A DNA stretch of 64,000 bases, taken from the NCBI RefSeq assembly GCF_000143415.4, contig NW_003314283.1:129804-193803 (forward strand). Reading direction: 5' to 3'. The notes beneath the pieces are model-generated. The model was not told the origin of the DNA. It was given only the letters and a program-made list of their open reading frames with translations, and did not search any database. Made by a program: the position numbers and the translations under genes. Positions 13,801-25,600 of the stretch are shown here, piece after piece (position 1 is the stretch's first letter; each line of letters starts with the position of its first letter). The DNA is from Selaginella moellendorffii. Taxonomy: Eukaryota; Plantae; Lycopodiophyta.

Positions 13801-15890
13801 CTAGATTATGACAAGGACCCAGTCTTTATCGCCACATCGCTTGCTTCAACAAATGCAGCAAAGCTCTTGGATCTCCTTCACTGTTTCAAGGACATATTTG
13901 CTTGGGACTACAACTAACTTCTAGGAGGTCCCATGGACACAATCATGCACAGTATTGTGCCTTCAGAGTCAGCTAAACCAGTCCATCAAAAGATGTGGCA
14001 TTTCAACCCAACAGCTCACTTAGAGATGAAGTTGGAGATCGAGTGACTTCTGGCAGCCGGCTTTATTTACCCTTTGGAGAGCTCAGACTGGGTGGCCAAT
14101 CTCGTCCTTGCATGCAAGGCAAATGGAAAACTCCGCCTCTGCATTGACTTTCGAGACTTGAATAAGGCAACTGTGAAAGATCACTTTCCCACTCCATTTA
14201 TTGATGTGATTGTGGATGAGATGGCTGGACACCATTACTACTTTTTCATGGATGGCTTTTTAGGGTACAATTAGATCTTCATTCATCCCAATTATCGAGA
14301 TCTTATGGCCTTCTGAACACCTTGGGGCATCTTTTCTTTCAATGTCCTCTTGTTTGGCTTGTGTAACGCTGAAGCTACTTTTCAACGCTTTATGACCCAC
14401 GCCTTTCACAACTTGATTGGAGGTGCCTTGAGGGTGTATATGGATGATCTGTGCATGACCTTTGACTCCTTCGAGGACCACCTTGTGTACTTGGAGCAGA
14501 TCTTCACTCGCTGCTGACAACACAAGTTTTCATTGAACCCGGCAAAGTATAAATTTGGGGTGACTGAAGGCCAATTTCTAGGCTTTGATGTCTCATAGGA
14601 TGGGATCAAGCCCCAGATAGCTAAGGCTCAGGAGATTATGGATCGGAACCCACCAACCAATATGAAGCAGCTTCGCAGCTTCCTCAGGCAAATGGGTTTC
14701 TTTCACCGTTTCCTTCACAACTATGCTGCACGTTCACGGCCTTTGATAGCTCTACTACAACACAACGTTCCATTTGTCTAGGGTGAGTCTTTGAATCACT
14801 GAAGTAGTCACTCTGCACGGCTCTGGTACTCCAGCCACTAGAACGACAACTTCCTTTCGAAATTTACATCACGATGGGTACAAAAGCTTTTAGAGTATGC
14901 CTATGCAAAGGTTCACAGCCTAGCAACCCACCACATGCAACATATTATACCTCACATTCATTCAAGAAGACTAAGAAGAAGTACGTGGATGCGGAAAAAG
15001 AAGCAATGGCTGTTGTTTACACCTTGGACCGATTTTGTCACTTTTTCGCTAGAGCTTGTATCCATTTCCATGTCTATTTTAATGTGCTGACCTTTCTTTT
15101 ACAGCAACTAGTTCATAGTCCTCGTACTTTATCTTGGATTGTGACCATCCAAGAGTTCCAGCCAACTTTTCACATGTGGCGGAAGTGTGTGATGGATCTG
15201 AGCGAGTTCCTGGTTGTTGAAGTTACTTCCTTTGTGGTCCCAACAGCATTATAAGACATTGCAGTGTACCTAGATTCAGGTCAGTTCCTAGCAGATTCCT
15301 CACCAGTAAAACAAAAGGCATTGGAGATCCGAGCATGGGTTTTGCCTTCTCAACAGACACCTTTATAGGAGGACTTCTTAGGAATTTTTGTTGCAGTGTA
15401 TGGGTGAACATGAAGTCCCTGAGCTCCTTTGTGCTTTCCACTCTTGTACAGGGCATTTCTTGGGATGGGTCACAGCACAGCTCCTCTTGCGCCATGGCTA
15501 CTTTTGGCCTCGGATTCACTAGGATAGCTTGCCATGTGAGCAGTGCCAACAATTCAACCTCTGGAGCCATGTTCCATGTCTTCCATTCTAGCTCATCACT
15601 TCTCTGGGTCCCTTTTTCCAGTGAAGACTTGACTTCGTCGGCTCGATCAACCCACCGAGCTCAAAAGGACAGTGATACATCATCGTGGCGACGAACTATT
15701 TCATGAAATGGGTTGAGGCCACCCCTCTATGATAGGCAGATCAACAGTCTATAGAAAAGTTTGTCTACAAATACATTATTTGCTGATTTAGAATTCCTGT
15801 CATTTTGATTTCCAATCGTGGCAATGGCTTCCTTAGACAGGTGATGCAGGATCTTCTCCAACAGCTGCAGGTCACCGACTCATCTTCTGA
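10860..15890 (+). pseudogene. Degenerate Ty3/gypsy (Tat-like) gag-pol: GAG, protease, extra RNase H, RT, RNase H, integrase
   Basis: Gag-like QRITTFIAGL..EAFLFATKLE. Protease VDSGFGSNII (~12060). RNase-HI-like YFDGA..NEVEY..GDAQLII.QLTGEY..VPHEENFWADRLS (~13300-13670). RT KLRLCIDFRDLNKAT..DGFLGYN..YMDD (14437-14448). RH-like AEKEAMAVVY. Integrase-like LDFVG..YIIVATNYFMKWVEA. Many stops and frameshifts. Confidence 0.9.
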
Positions 15891-16974
15891 GCATACCCCC
15901 AACTCCTTGGGTTTGTTCCAACATTTATAAAAAGTAGTTTCGGCTACCATTTCAAGGACTTGTGTCCTCATCCGTATTTGACCTCTCACTATCATTAATT
16001 TTGGTCTCAAATTCATGAGCACCAGCCTCAACTATATAAAGGTAATCTTATGACTTGTTTTGGAGTCTTTATCTTTCTTGTAATCCCAACTATAGTTGTT
16101 TATCTTAACTACATTAGCCAATTTGCTAAGTTAAATGCTCATCTGGATCACATCCTTAACTCCCAAGATCCCAAAGTTTTTCCCTTATTGGCCCTTTTCT
16201 ATACACCACCTTGCCTACAAGTTCACACATGAACTGTAGTGAAGTGCTATGTCTTCCTGACCTACTATTCTTTAAGGATAGGCTCACTCCTAAGACCTTT
16301 CGATGCCAACACCAGTGGTGATATACTTGAACACCAATAAAAGTCGGACTAAAGAATAACTTTAATACGAAATTGTAAACGACTAATTTTTTAATTCTAC
16401 TTTAGTCATTTAACCACAACTCCAACCACTTGGAGGAGTCTCATTCACAACCTCCATAAGTTCAATTCAGGACTTGGGGCTTGCTAGCCCTGAGAATGGC
16501 ATCCATACCACTCGACCGTTGCACTTGGTCCAAATGCTCCACGTGTATAATCCCATGACCGACACGCAAAGGTACCATTAACATATCAGCCCGTTATGCT
16601 AAGCGCATGCCTATTCACCTTTACCGCACTAATGGTCCAATACCACCTACATCACAGTCTCGTTGCTCAAAGACCGGGTCATCCGTCCATGAGTGGTCCT
16701 CCCAAATCCACTTCTTAACATCTTTAGGATGCCAGTAGACATGGGGAACAACCTTCCCCAATATCCCTTTTTCAGTCCCTACCAAGTCTTTTTCTGTCTA
16801 TAGCCATGTTCGCCAACACTGCCACTGGATCAAGGCCCATAAGCCCGGCCACTAAGTCCCACTGTCCTTTGGGACTTCCTCACCATGTAACTGTATCCTT
16901 AGTCACTACACTAGAGGATTACTCCTCTTCCTTTCTATAGTCTGGGACTTTGGGACAACATTTCAGAACACAGT

Positions 16975-18122
16975 TGTAGCGTACATGGTTTTTACCCTTT
17001 ATCCTATGGTGATTTACCATAGGATAACACCACGAAGCGGAACCTAAACCCTCTTTGTGCCACATGACAGATGCCACATATCACATGCCATGTGTCCAAA
17101 GGAATATGGTGTGGAACCCGAGGTTCAGGGCCTTGGGCCATTGAACGAAGGAACGTTGCCAAACTCCCAAGCGTGGAGCCAAGGAGTGATGAAACTGAAC
17201 CACGGAGCAACTCCCGAGCATAAAGCCCAAGGAGCGAAGGGATAGGAGCACGGAGCGACTTGGAACAGTCCTAGAGTATCCAACATCCCAATGCCAGGGC
17301 TTGCACACAAAATGGAGCCAAATGGAGTCTGAGGCTATTTTAGCATACCAGTGGCCTAACGTGAGGATATGGGTACTCCACCAGCTAGCATGGTGTGAAG
17401 CTCGGGCTTAAACCCAAGCCGAAAGCAGAACAAGGACAGGCACGCAAACAGGAGCTAGACTATGCCTTAGGTTGGTTAGCCATGCCCAACCTACCCATTA
17501 TCCCTACTATACATTTGGAACCCCATACACCCCCCCCCCCCCCCCTTGAGGAACACACACTTTGGGCTTTCACCCCAAGCCTCCTTTAATATCAAGAGTT
17601 AGTTTCTGGGATAAGCTTGAAACTTACTAAATATAGAATGGCACTAAATTGTGAATTTAGACACGGGACGAACACCATTGTGTTTAGGCCAATCTCTACA
17701 TTCCGTAGATATGCTAAATGAGCAAATCTGAACACTTTCCATAAATAGTATTTGGGATTGAAATGAGACTAACACAAAGGGCATGATAGAGAGGGTGTTT
17801 GGCAAACATGGTAAGCTATCATCCAGCGATATTGAGGGACTAATCTCAATACATGAGGGTTTTTGTCAAGCCAATGCAAGACAGAGCAAAAGAGAACTAA
17901 AAGCCATGCCGAGTATGCTCAGCTAGAAACACATAGGAGTTCCTACCTTATGTCCATTTGACTAAGTACAGGTGCTAAGCCCAATTTACTAACACTTGAA
18001 CAAGAGGGGCTGATAAAGGGAATTAGCAATACCGACCTTCTGCCATCATGGCAGTAAGGAAAGAGTGTTCGTAAAGATTAGCTGACAAGTAATTTTTTAT
18101 ACCCGAAGTCACATTTGCAACA
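16975..18122 (-). mobile_element. Solo LTR of family B inserted in a family-A LTR
   Basis: TGTAGCG...TTGCAACA termini. The host LTR sequence GAACACCGTGGCCC is split, leaving decayed 5-bp TSDs ACAGT and ACCAT (ancestral ACCGT). Homologous to 31050-32185. Confidence 0.88.
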
Positions 18123-19124
18123 ACCATGGCCCTACGCAAGCCTCATGGGTACTTTCTCCACCTTCCGCCTTTGGGTGCTCTAGCCAGGGGCTTAGAGTGA
18201 GGTTTTGTTGAGCCACGCCAAGTATCCAAGTAGGTAGAGCCACTCACACTTGGACTGGGAGCATTAACCATTCGATCTCCCGGGGGAATTAGAGCCAACT
18301 CTTGAACACTTTACCAAGCTACCCCGCTTGTCTGTCTGTATTCACCCTAAACCTTGGACTTCCAAGTGTTTATCTCATCATCCAACACCTGAGTATAGCC
18401 TTCCTAGGCCAAACTAACCTTTCCTGGCCAAACTAGCTCCACTGGGGTCCAACCCCCACACTCTCCCTATTATACTTTTGGAACCCCCTACTCGGACTCA
18501 GACTTTGTCTCAATCTCAGTTTTGAACTCAGTCTCAGTCTCAGTCTCAGTCTTGGTTTCGGTTTCGGTCTCGGTCTCGGTTTCGATCTCAGTTCCATCTC
18601 GGACTCCATCTCGGGCTCCATCTCAAGTCCATCTCAGACTCCATCTTGGGTCCATCTTGGACTCCATCTCAGGTCCATCTTGAACTCCATCTAGGGTCCA
18701 TCTCGGGTCCATCTCGGACTCCATCTCGGGTTCATCTCAGACTCCATCTCGGGTCCATCTCGGACTCCACCTCGAACTCCATCTCAAGTCTATCTCGGAC
18801 TCCATCTTGGGTCCATCTCGGACTCCATCTTGGATCCACCTCAGACTTCGTCTCGAGTCCATCTTAGGCTTCATCTTGGGTCCATCTCGGATCCTTCCAT
18901 GTATCATGTGTTGATCCTTTTGTGTCCCTTTTTTAGAGACTCACTTTTTGCTCACTTCGTGCTCGTTCCTCAAGCACTTCATTAAAAGTTCCACTATTGC
19001 TCTCAACTTTTCAAGTTGGAGCTTTTAGTCTATATGTGTTACCCTCGTTTGGCTTTTGCCTCAGCCACTGCCATGTGGCACCCTTTCGCCTCCTCTTTGG
19101 GGCCTAGGGATTTTATGTTTTACA

Positions 19125-22050
19125 CTGCTATGGAATTCAAAATTTCGTTTGTGAAAGGAATAGGGAACATATCTTTTTTTGTTGCATCATTTAGCTTTTT
19201 GTAATTCACACAAACTCGTAATTTGCCATTTTTGTTAGGCACAATTATAAGTGGTGAAAGCCATTGAGCATTCTGGATTGGATATATAGATCCTACTTAA
19301 AGAAGTTTATCAATTTCTTCCTTGACTTTACCTTGGTAATTAGGATTCATTCTATAGGGCATCTACCTTTTAGACATATTTCCCAAAAGTATCTCAATAC
19401 GATGCGTACAGAGTTCTAGAGGGATGCCTTTTTAAGTTGTGTAAGACCAAGTAAAAATGTCCTTGTAGTCTTTTAGTAGATTTATGATCTAATTGTGAAA
19501 TTAATTTTGCAATCCTTGAGCAATTGTGATAGTATGAAAATTATTCTTATTTGCTAAATTAATTTTCTCAAATGGCTGATCACAAGAAATATGTGAAACA
19601 TAGTTTCTCTCTTGATCAATTTTATAGGTAGGACCCTCCTTTAAAGAGAAATCTCTTATAGCTAAACCAATCTCTAGTCTAAGAGCTTCTTACCTAGGTA
19701 CTTCTTTGAGTATTAAATAAAGATTAACTTCTAAAATTAGCTTAATTTTAGGGAAAGCTTCTAAGATTTATTGTTCTTGGAAATCATCTTGGCTTTCCTT
19801 CCAATCATAAGATTGAGTTTTGAAGAGTTGATCTTTCTTTTTCAACTGTATGGTGGAAATAATGGGCATAGATCTTTTTTTGTTGCCCTACTCTATACAC
19901 AAGAAACCATTTATTCAGTCTTGGTTTGTGTGAGCAATTTTTAGCCAAGGTTTGCTTAATAGTGTTTTGTAGATAAAATCTTATCATGTTATGTTAAGCA
20001 TGAAATAATTAGGTTTATACTTTAGGCCAACCACATTGGTTAAGACATTTCTAATAATTTCAATGGGCTTAACACTTCGGTCATCTATTATTCATACATT
20101 AAATGGGGCTAGTTGAATTAGCTTTAGGCCTAATTCTTTGCAAATGCTCTCTTCTAGAATATTTACGCTTAAGCCACTATTGATGAGAGTTCTAGATAAT
20201 AGATTCTTGCTAATCTTTATATCAATTGTAGGAACTTCATCATCACAATCCCCTAGCTCAATTACAATGGCTACAGATGGCATTAAAATTTCTTTTTTTT
20301 TAGGCAAAAGCTTTCTAAACAATACAGCTTTAAGGTAAGGTGCTATGGTGAGAAGTTGGCCTAAAGTGAGTGTAATTCTAGCATTTAAAATGCCTTTCAC
20401 TACTTTCTTTTCATCTTTACTATCTAGCTTTAGTATAGGATTTTCCTTTTGCACTAGTGGTGAATTCATATTAGCTTGTAAATGCATAAGACTTTTTGTG
20501 TTAAAATCACCATTCTCTAAATCAACTTGTGGTTATAAACCTTGGAGTTGTTAAATAATTTTTACACTGATATTTTTCTTTTGGCACTATTAAGAGTTAG
20601 GGATGATTTTTACTTTATCATCATTCCCTTTATCTTGGCTTTCAAATTCAATTTTTCTTTATTAGGCTCTAATTATGACACAAATGCTAGGTAGTTTTTT
20701 TGTATCTAACCATTTTATCTCAACATGCCTAATTGCAAATTGTATATCCTTAGGGGGCCAACCATTCTTGCTTGATGATTTAGCTTTATGGCCTAGGATA
20801 GCGAGGAGTTTTAGCTTGATCATACTCTTTTAGCCTTTTATATTCTCTAGACATATTGTAATTTCTTGATTGATCATATTCTCTAGGCTGATTATAGTCT
20901 TTAGGCCTATTTTCTTCATGGCTAAGTGGATAATCTCAAAAATTACCCCTAGGTGAATAATCCTAATGGTCATCCTGCCTTTTAGCACACGGGTATTCAT
21001 GTTTGGCATTTTGATTATCATTGTAATTATTCTTTCTATGATAAATTCTATTGTCAAATGGATAGTTTTGCCTATGTGTTGTTTTATCAACTCAAGCTGC
21101 CTATTAGCCTCCTAATTGTTTAAATAACATTTTATATTCCTTAGCTGTATGCCTTTTTTTTCACAAATTTGGCATTTGATCAGCTAAAATTTGCATTCTT
21201 TTTTGCTAGAGCCTTCATTTTTACATTTGGTACACCAAATCCTTTGTTTGAAATTGGTTTGCAATTTGAGGCTTTTAAGATGATTGGTTTCCTTGTTTAT
21301 AGGAATTATATTTTTATTTGACTTCACTATATCTACCATGTTATATTATTTTATGAGATCTTAGTAGGTAATCATGGCTTTTTTCAAGTCATTAAAATTT
21401 ATATAACCTCTCTTTATCACATGTTCACAATAAATTTTCTTGAGGCTTTGTATATATAAGCATAAGTGGATTTTGTTTGACACTAAATTTTTACAATGAT
21501 TATAACACTTGTTAAATCGAGTTGCATATTCCTCAATTATTTCAGATTTTCCTTAATAAAATTTTAATAAAGTTTTTGCAATTCATCATAGTTTTTTCCT
21601 GGGTTTGTATAATGAAAAAAGTTTTAAAGAAAAACTGTGTTTGTTCATCAAATGTGCCAAATTTTTTGACATTATTGTCATAGTAACAATCTTTGCCTTT
21701 GTTTTTGAGTGTATAGGGGAAAAGATTTTTTTCCTACCCATTTGTTTGATTAAGCTTAATTACTTTTATATATTGCTTAATATGTAGTTGTGGGTCTTTT
21801 TTTTTAATTCTAGAAAAGGATGGATATGTGATGATGGTGTCTACTACTGTTTTTGCAATTGCCATTATATTCATTATAATTTGATAGGAAATGCTTTATT
21901 TTGCAACTAATATAGGGGTAAGAGGGTAAGGGTTGCAAATTTAGCTTTTCTTCCTGTTATGGGGAATCATTCTAGTTGTTTTATGTTTTACTACTCTCAG
22001 CTAAAGTAAAGGCATTTTCTATGTGCCGATGCTGCCAAAGACGAGTAGTG
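19125..22050 (-). pseudogene. Decayed gypsy gag-protease-RT (N-terminal part), truncated by the family-A LTR
   Basis: Minus strand: Zn-knuckle remnants WCTKCK.. and CQICEKKGHTA (~21150-21240), protease-like LINSGLSVNIL (~20170), RT start QWLSPLIIVPNKNGKLRVCVNYKKLNDATKKDMFPIPF (~19150-19270). Confidence 0.8.
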
Positions 22051-22686
22051 TATAGATTCATGAATTCTAAATGATTGCCAAAGTCATATTGGGATTTCTA
22101 ATCTCCTCTTCGTTGAGGTGTACTCAATATGCTTTCAGCTTGCTTTCTTTCAAGCTTTTCTCTAGTTTGGTTGAGCAATGATTTAGTCTATTCTAAAGGG
22201 AGGTCAAGATTGCAAATATCATGAACAAGTGCTCTGTAATCTCATTTTAGATCTTGTGAATATTTCTTTTCAGACTACTTTCCACTCATCAAATTATGAG
22301 GGAAATGTTGTATATCCTTGTTTAGTATAAACAATGATAATTTTATGCATAAGGATTATGCCCTCTAAAGCCTTATAGGTAAAATCAATTATTGGTCTAT
22401 GCTTATATATTTCAAGGTTTATTGGTGTTGCTACTATGGCAAACTTAGTTTATTATGCCTTGTTCATGGAGTGAGTGGTATAAGGTTTTGGTATACAATA
22501 TATTCCCTTTGTAGATTGGCCTATCAGTCACTCTTAAAAGCAAACACTTAATTTCCCAATTAATTTTGAAATGGGGATGACTTTCCTCTAGAGGCCAAAT
22601 GTCTAAGATATTTCTTATATGAAAGTCCTAGAAAATTTTCGAGCAACAAACATTATTTTTCACAACGTATTAGTCTTACTCACTAT

Positions 22687-25600
22687 TGTGAGACACAAAA
22701 TCCCTAGGCCCCCAAAGTGGAGCTGGAAAGGGTGCCACGTGGTAGTGGCCGAAGCGAAAGCCAAACGAGCATAACACGTTTGGACTAAAAGCTCCGACTT
22801 GGAAGGTCGAGAGCGGGAGTGGAACTCCCAACCAAGTGCTCGAGGAGCAAGCGCGAGGCAACCAATAAACAAGGCTAAAAAAAGGGACACAAAAAGGACC
22901 AACACATGACCCGTGGAAGTGTCCAAGATGGAGTCCGAGGTGGACCCGAGTTGGAGTCCAAGATGGACCCGAAGTGGAGTCCGAGATGGACCCGAAGTGG
23001 AGTCCAAGATGGACCCGAAGTGGAGTCCGAGATGGAGTCCGATATGGAGTCCGAGATGGACCCGAAGTGGAGTCCGAAGTGGAGTCCGAGATGGAGTCCG
23101 ATATGGAGTCCGATATGGAGTCCGAGATGGAGTCCGATATGGAGTCCGAAGTGGAGTTCGAGATGAACCCAAGATGGAGTCCGAGATGGACCCGAGATGG
23201 AGTCTGAGATGGAGTCCGAGATGGACCCGAGATGGAGTCCGAGATGGACCCGAGATGGAGTCCGAGATGGAACCGAGACCGAGACCGAGACTGAGACCGA
23301 GACCGAGTCCGAGTCCGAATCCAGGACTGAGACCGAGTCCGAGTCCGAGTCCGAATACTAATACAGGCAGTTGGGTGAAAGCCCAAAGCGATCGTCCCCC
23401 AGGGGGGGGGGGGCTGTGGGGGGTTCCAAAAGTATAGTAGGGAGAGTGTGGGGGTTGGAGCCCAGTGGAGCCAGTTTGGCCAAGAAAGGCCAGTTTGGCC
23501 CAGGAAGGCCAGACCCAGTGTTGGGTGATGAGCTGACCACTGGGAAGTCCAAGACTAGAGTGAATACAGACCGACAAGCGGGGTAGCTTGGTGAAGTGTT
23601 CAAGAGCCGGCTCTAGTTCCCCCGGGAGATCGACTGGCCGATGCTCCCAGTCCAAGTGTGGGTGGCACTACTTACTTGGATACCAGGCGTGGCTCAACGG
23701 AACCTCGCTCTAAGCCCATGGCTAGAGCACCCAAGGGCGGAAGGCGGGGAGAGTACCCAGGTGGCTCGCGTAAGGCCACGGTGTTCCGAAATGTTGTCCC
23801 AAAGGCCCAAACTGTGGAAAGGAAGAGGAGCAGTCCTCTGGGGTAGTGACCAAGGACACAGTCGTGTGGTGAGGAAGTCCCAGAGGACTGTGGGACTTAG
23901 TGGTCGGGCCTGTGGGCCTCGATCCAGTGGCAGTGTTGGCAAACACGGCCAAGGGCAGAAAGGGACTTAGTGGGGACTGACAGAGGGATATTGGGGAAGG
24001 CTATTCCCCATGTCGGTGGGCATCCTAAGGATGCTAAGGAGTGGATCCGAGATGACCACTCATGGATGGTTTGTCTAGTCTTGGAGAGCCAAGACTGTGA
24101 TACAAGTGGTATTGGACTACCAGTGTGGCAAAGGTGATTGGGCATGGCCTTAGCGTAATAGGCTGCCATGTCGGTGGTACTTTTGAGTGTCGGTCATGGG
24201 ATCAAACATGTGGAGCACTTGGACCAAGTGCAAATGTTGAGTGGCATGGATGCCATTCTCGAGGCTAGCAAGTCCGAAGTCCTGAAATGGACTTATGGAG
24301 GTTGTGATTGAGACTCCTCCAAGTGGTCGGAGGTGTGGTTAAGTGACTAAAGTAGAATGGAAAATTTAGTCGCTTACAATTTGGTATCGGAGTTGTTCCT
24401 TAGTCCAACTTTTATTGGTGCTCAAGTATATCACCATTGATATTGGCATTGGAAGGTCCTAGGAGTGGGCTTATCCTTGAGGAGTAGCACATGGCTCTCC
24501 ACTCAAGTTCATGTGTGACTTGGGCACGATGTGGTGGATAGAAAAGGGGCCGATAAGGGAACGACTTTGGGATCTTGGGAACAGTATATGGTTTTCCTCA
24601 AAGAGTTGAGGATGTGATCCAGATGAGTGTTTGACTCAGTAAATGGCCAATGTAGTTGTGGTAAACAACTAAAGTTGGGATCACAGGAAAGATAAAGACT
24701 CCAAAGCAATAAGGGAGTCACAAGATTATCCTCATATAGTTAAGATTGGTGCTCATGAATGTGAGACTAGAAGTAATGACCGAGGGAGGTCAAATACGGA
24801 AGAGGACTCAAGTCTTTGAAATGGTAGCCGAGGCTACCTTTAATAAATGCTGGAACAACCCAAAGAGTTGGGGGGTGTACTTAGAGATGAGTTCGTATTC
24901 TCATCACATGGACAAGTAGTCCTAAGGGGTAGAGGTTGCCCTAGAGAACAAAAACAAGTGTCAGAGTAACACTTGTGAAAATAGTCCTTCTGAGTAGGAC
25001 AGGAATGCAGGAAGTGTATTCCAGTGAGCTAGTGCCTCACAAGTGGGACCTTATGGGTCTGTGGATTAACCAAGTCCAAAACTGCTAGATGACTCAAGTA
25101 GAGTCAAGGAATGGTCCTAAAAAGACTGATGGAAGCATTTGGACTGAGGTGTGTTGTACCCCACGAAGGATGGGGGGGGGATCATAGGATCCAAGGATGA
25201 GAACAGAGGGTATCTCATCGATGGCAAAATGTGCCATGCTAAAGTCGTGGGAAAGGTGTTCCTAAAAAGAAAACAACTTTGACACAAAGTTGTGTGTGAC
25301 CTCTATGGTGCAATGCTAACAAATGGTTGACATGAGAAAGAGTGGTATTGGTCTTGGCAAAGACTTAGACACAAAGAAGAAGTGTCATAGAGGTAGGCTC
25401 GTGAAGCCGATGGTGTGGAGACACCAAATGTGCCAAGGTGTGATACCTTGAGGCTATGTCGGTGGGTTCATGTGAACCCCTTGCCAAAGGAATCCCAATG
25501 GAAATGGGAATGGCATAGTCTAAGCGGCAGAGCACGCAGTTGGAGTGTGGTGACCCAGATAATGATGGAGGTGTGAAAGCACCAGCAATGAGTTGTAGGA

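Larger units (their letters stand above)
9370..19124 (-). mobile_element. Chimeric family-A element: truncated LTR, foreign gag-pol, short family-A interior, LTR carrying a nested solo LTR
   Basis: LTR-A starts TGTAAGCGAC at 9370 and breaks at ~10857. Family-A interior resumes at ~15890 (matches ~6745-7257). A second LTR-A spans 16374-19124. The outer flanks (ATTAA vs CTGCT) do not form a TSD. Confidence 0.8.
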
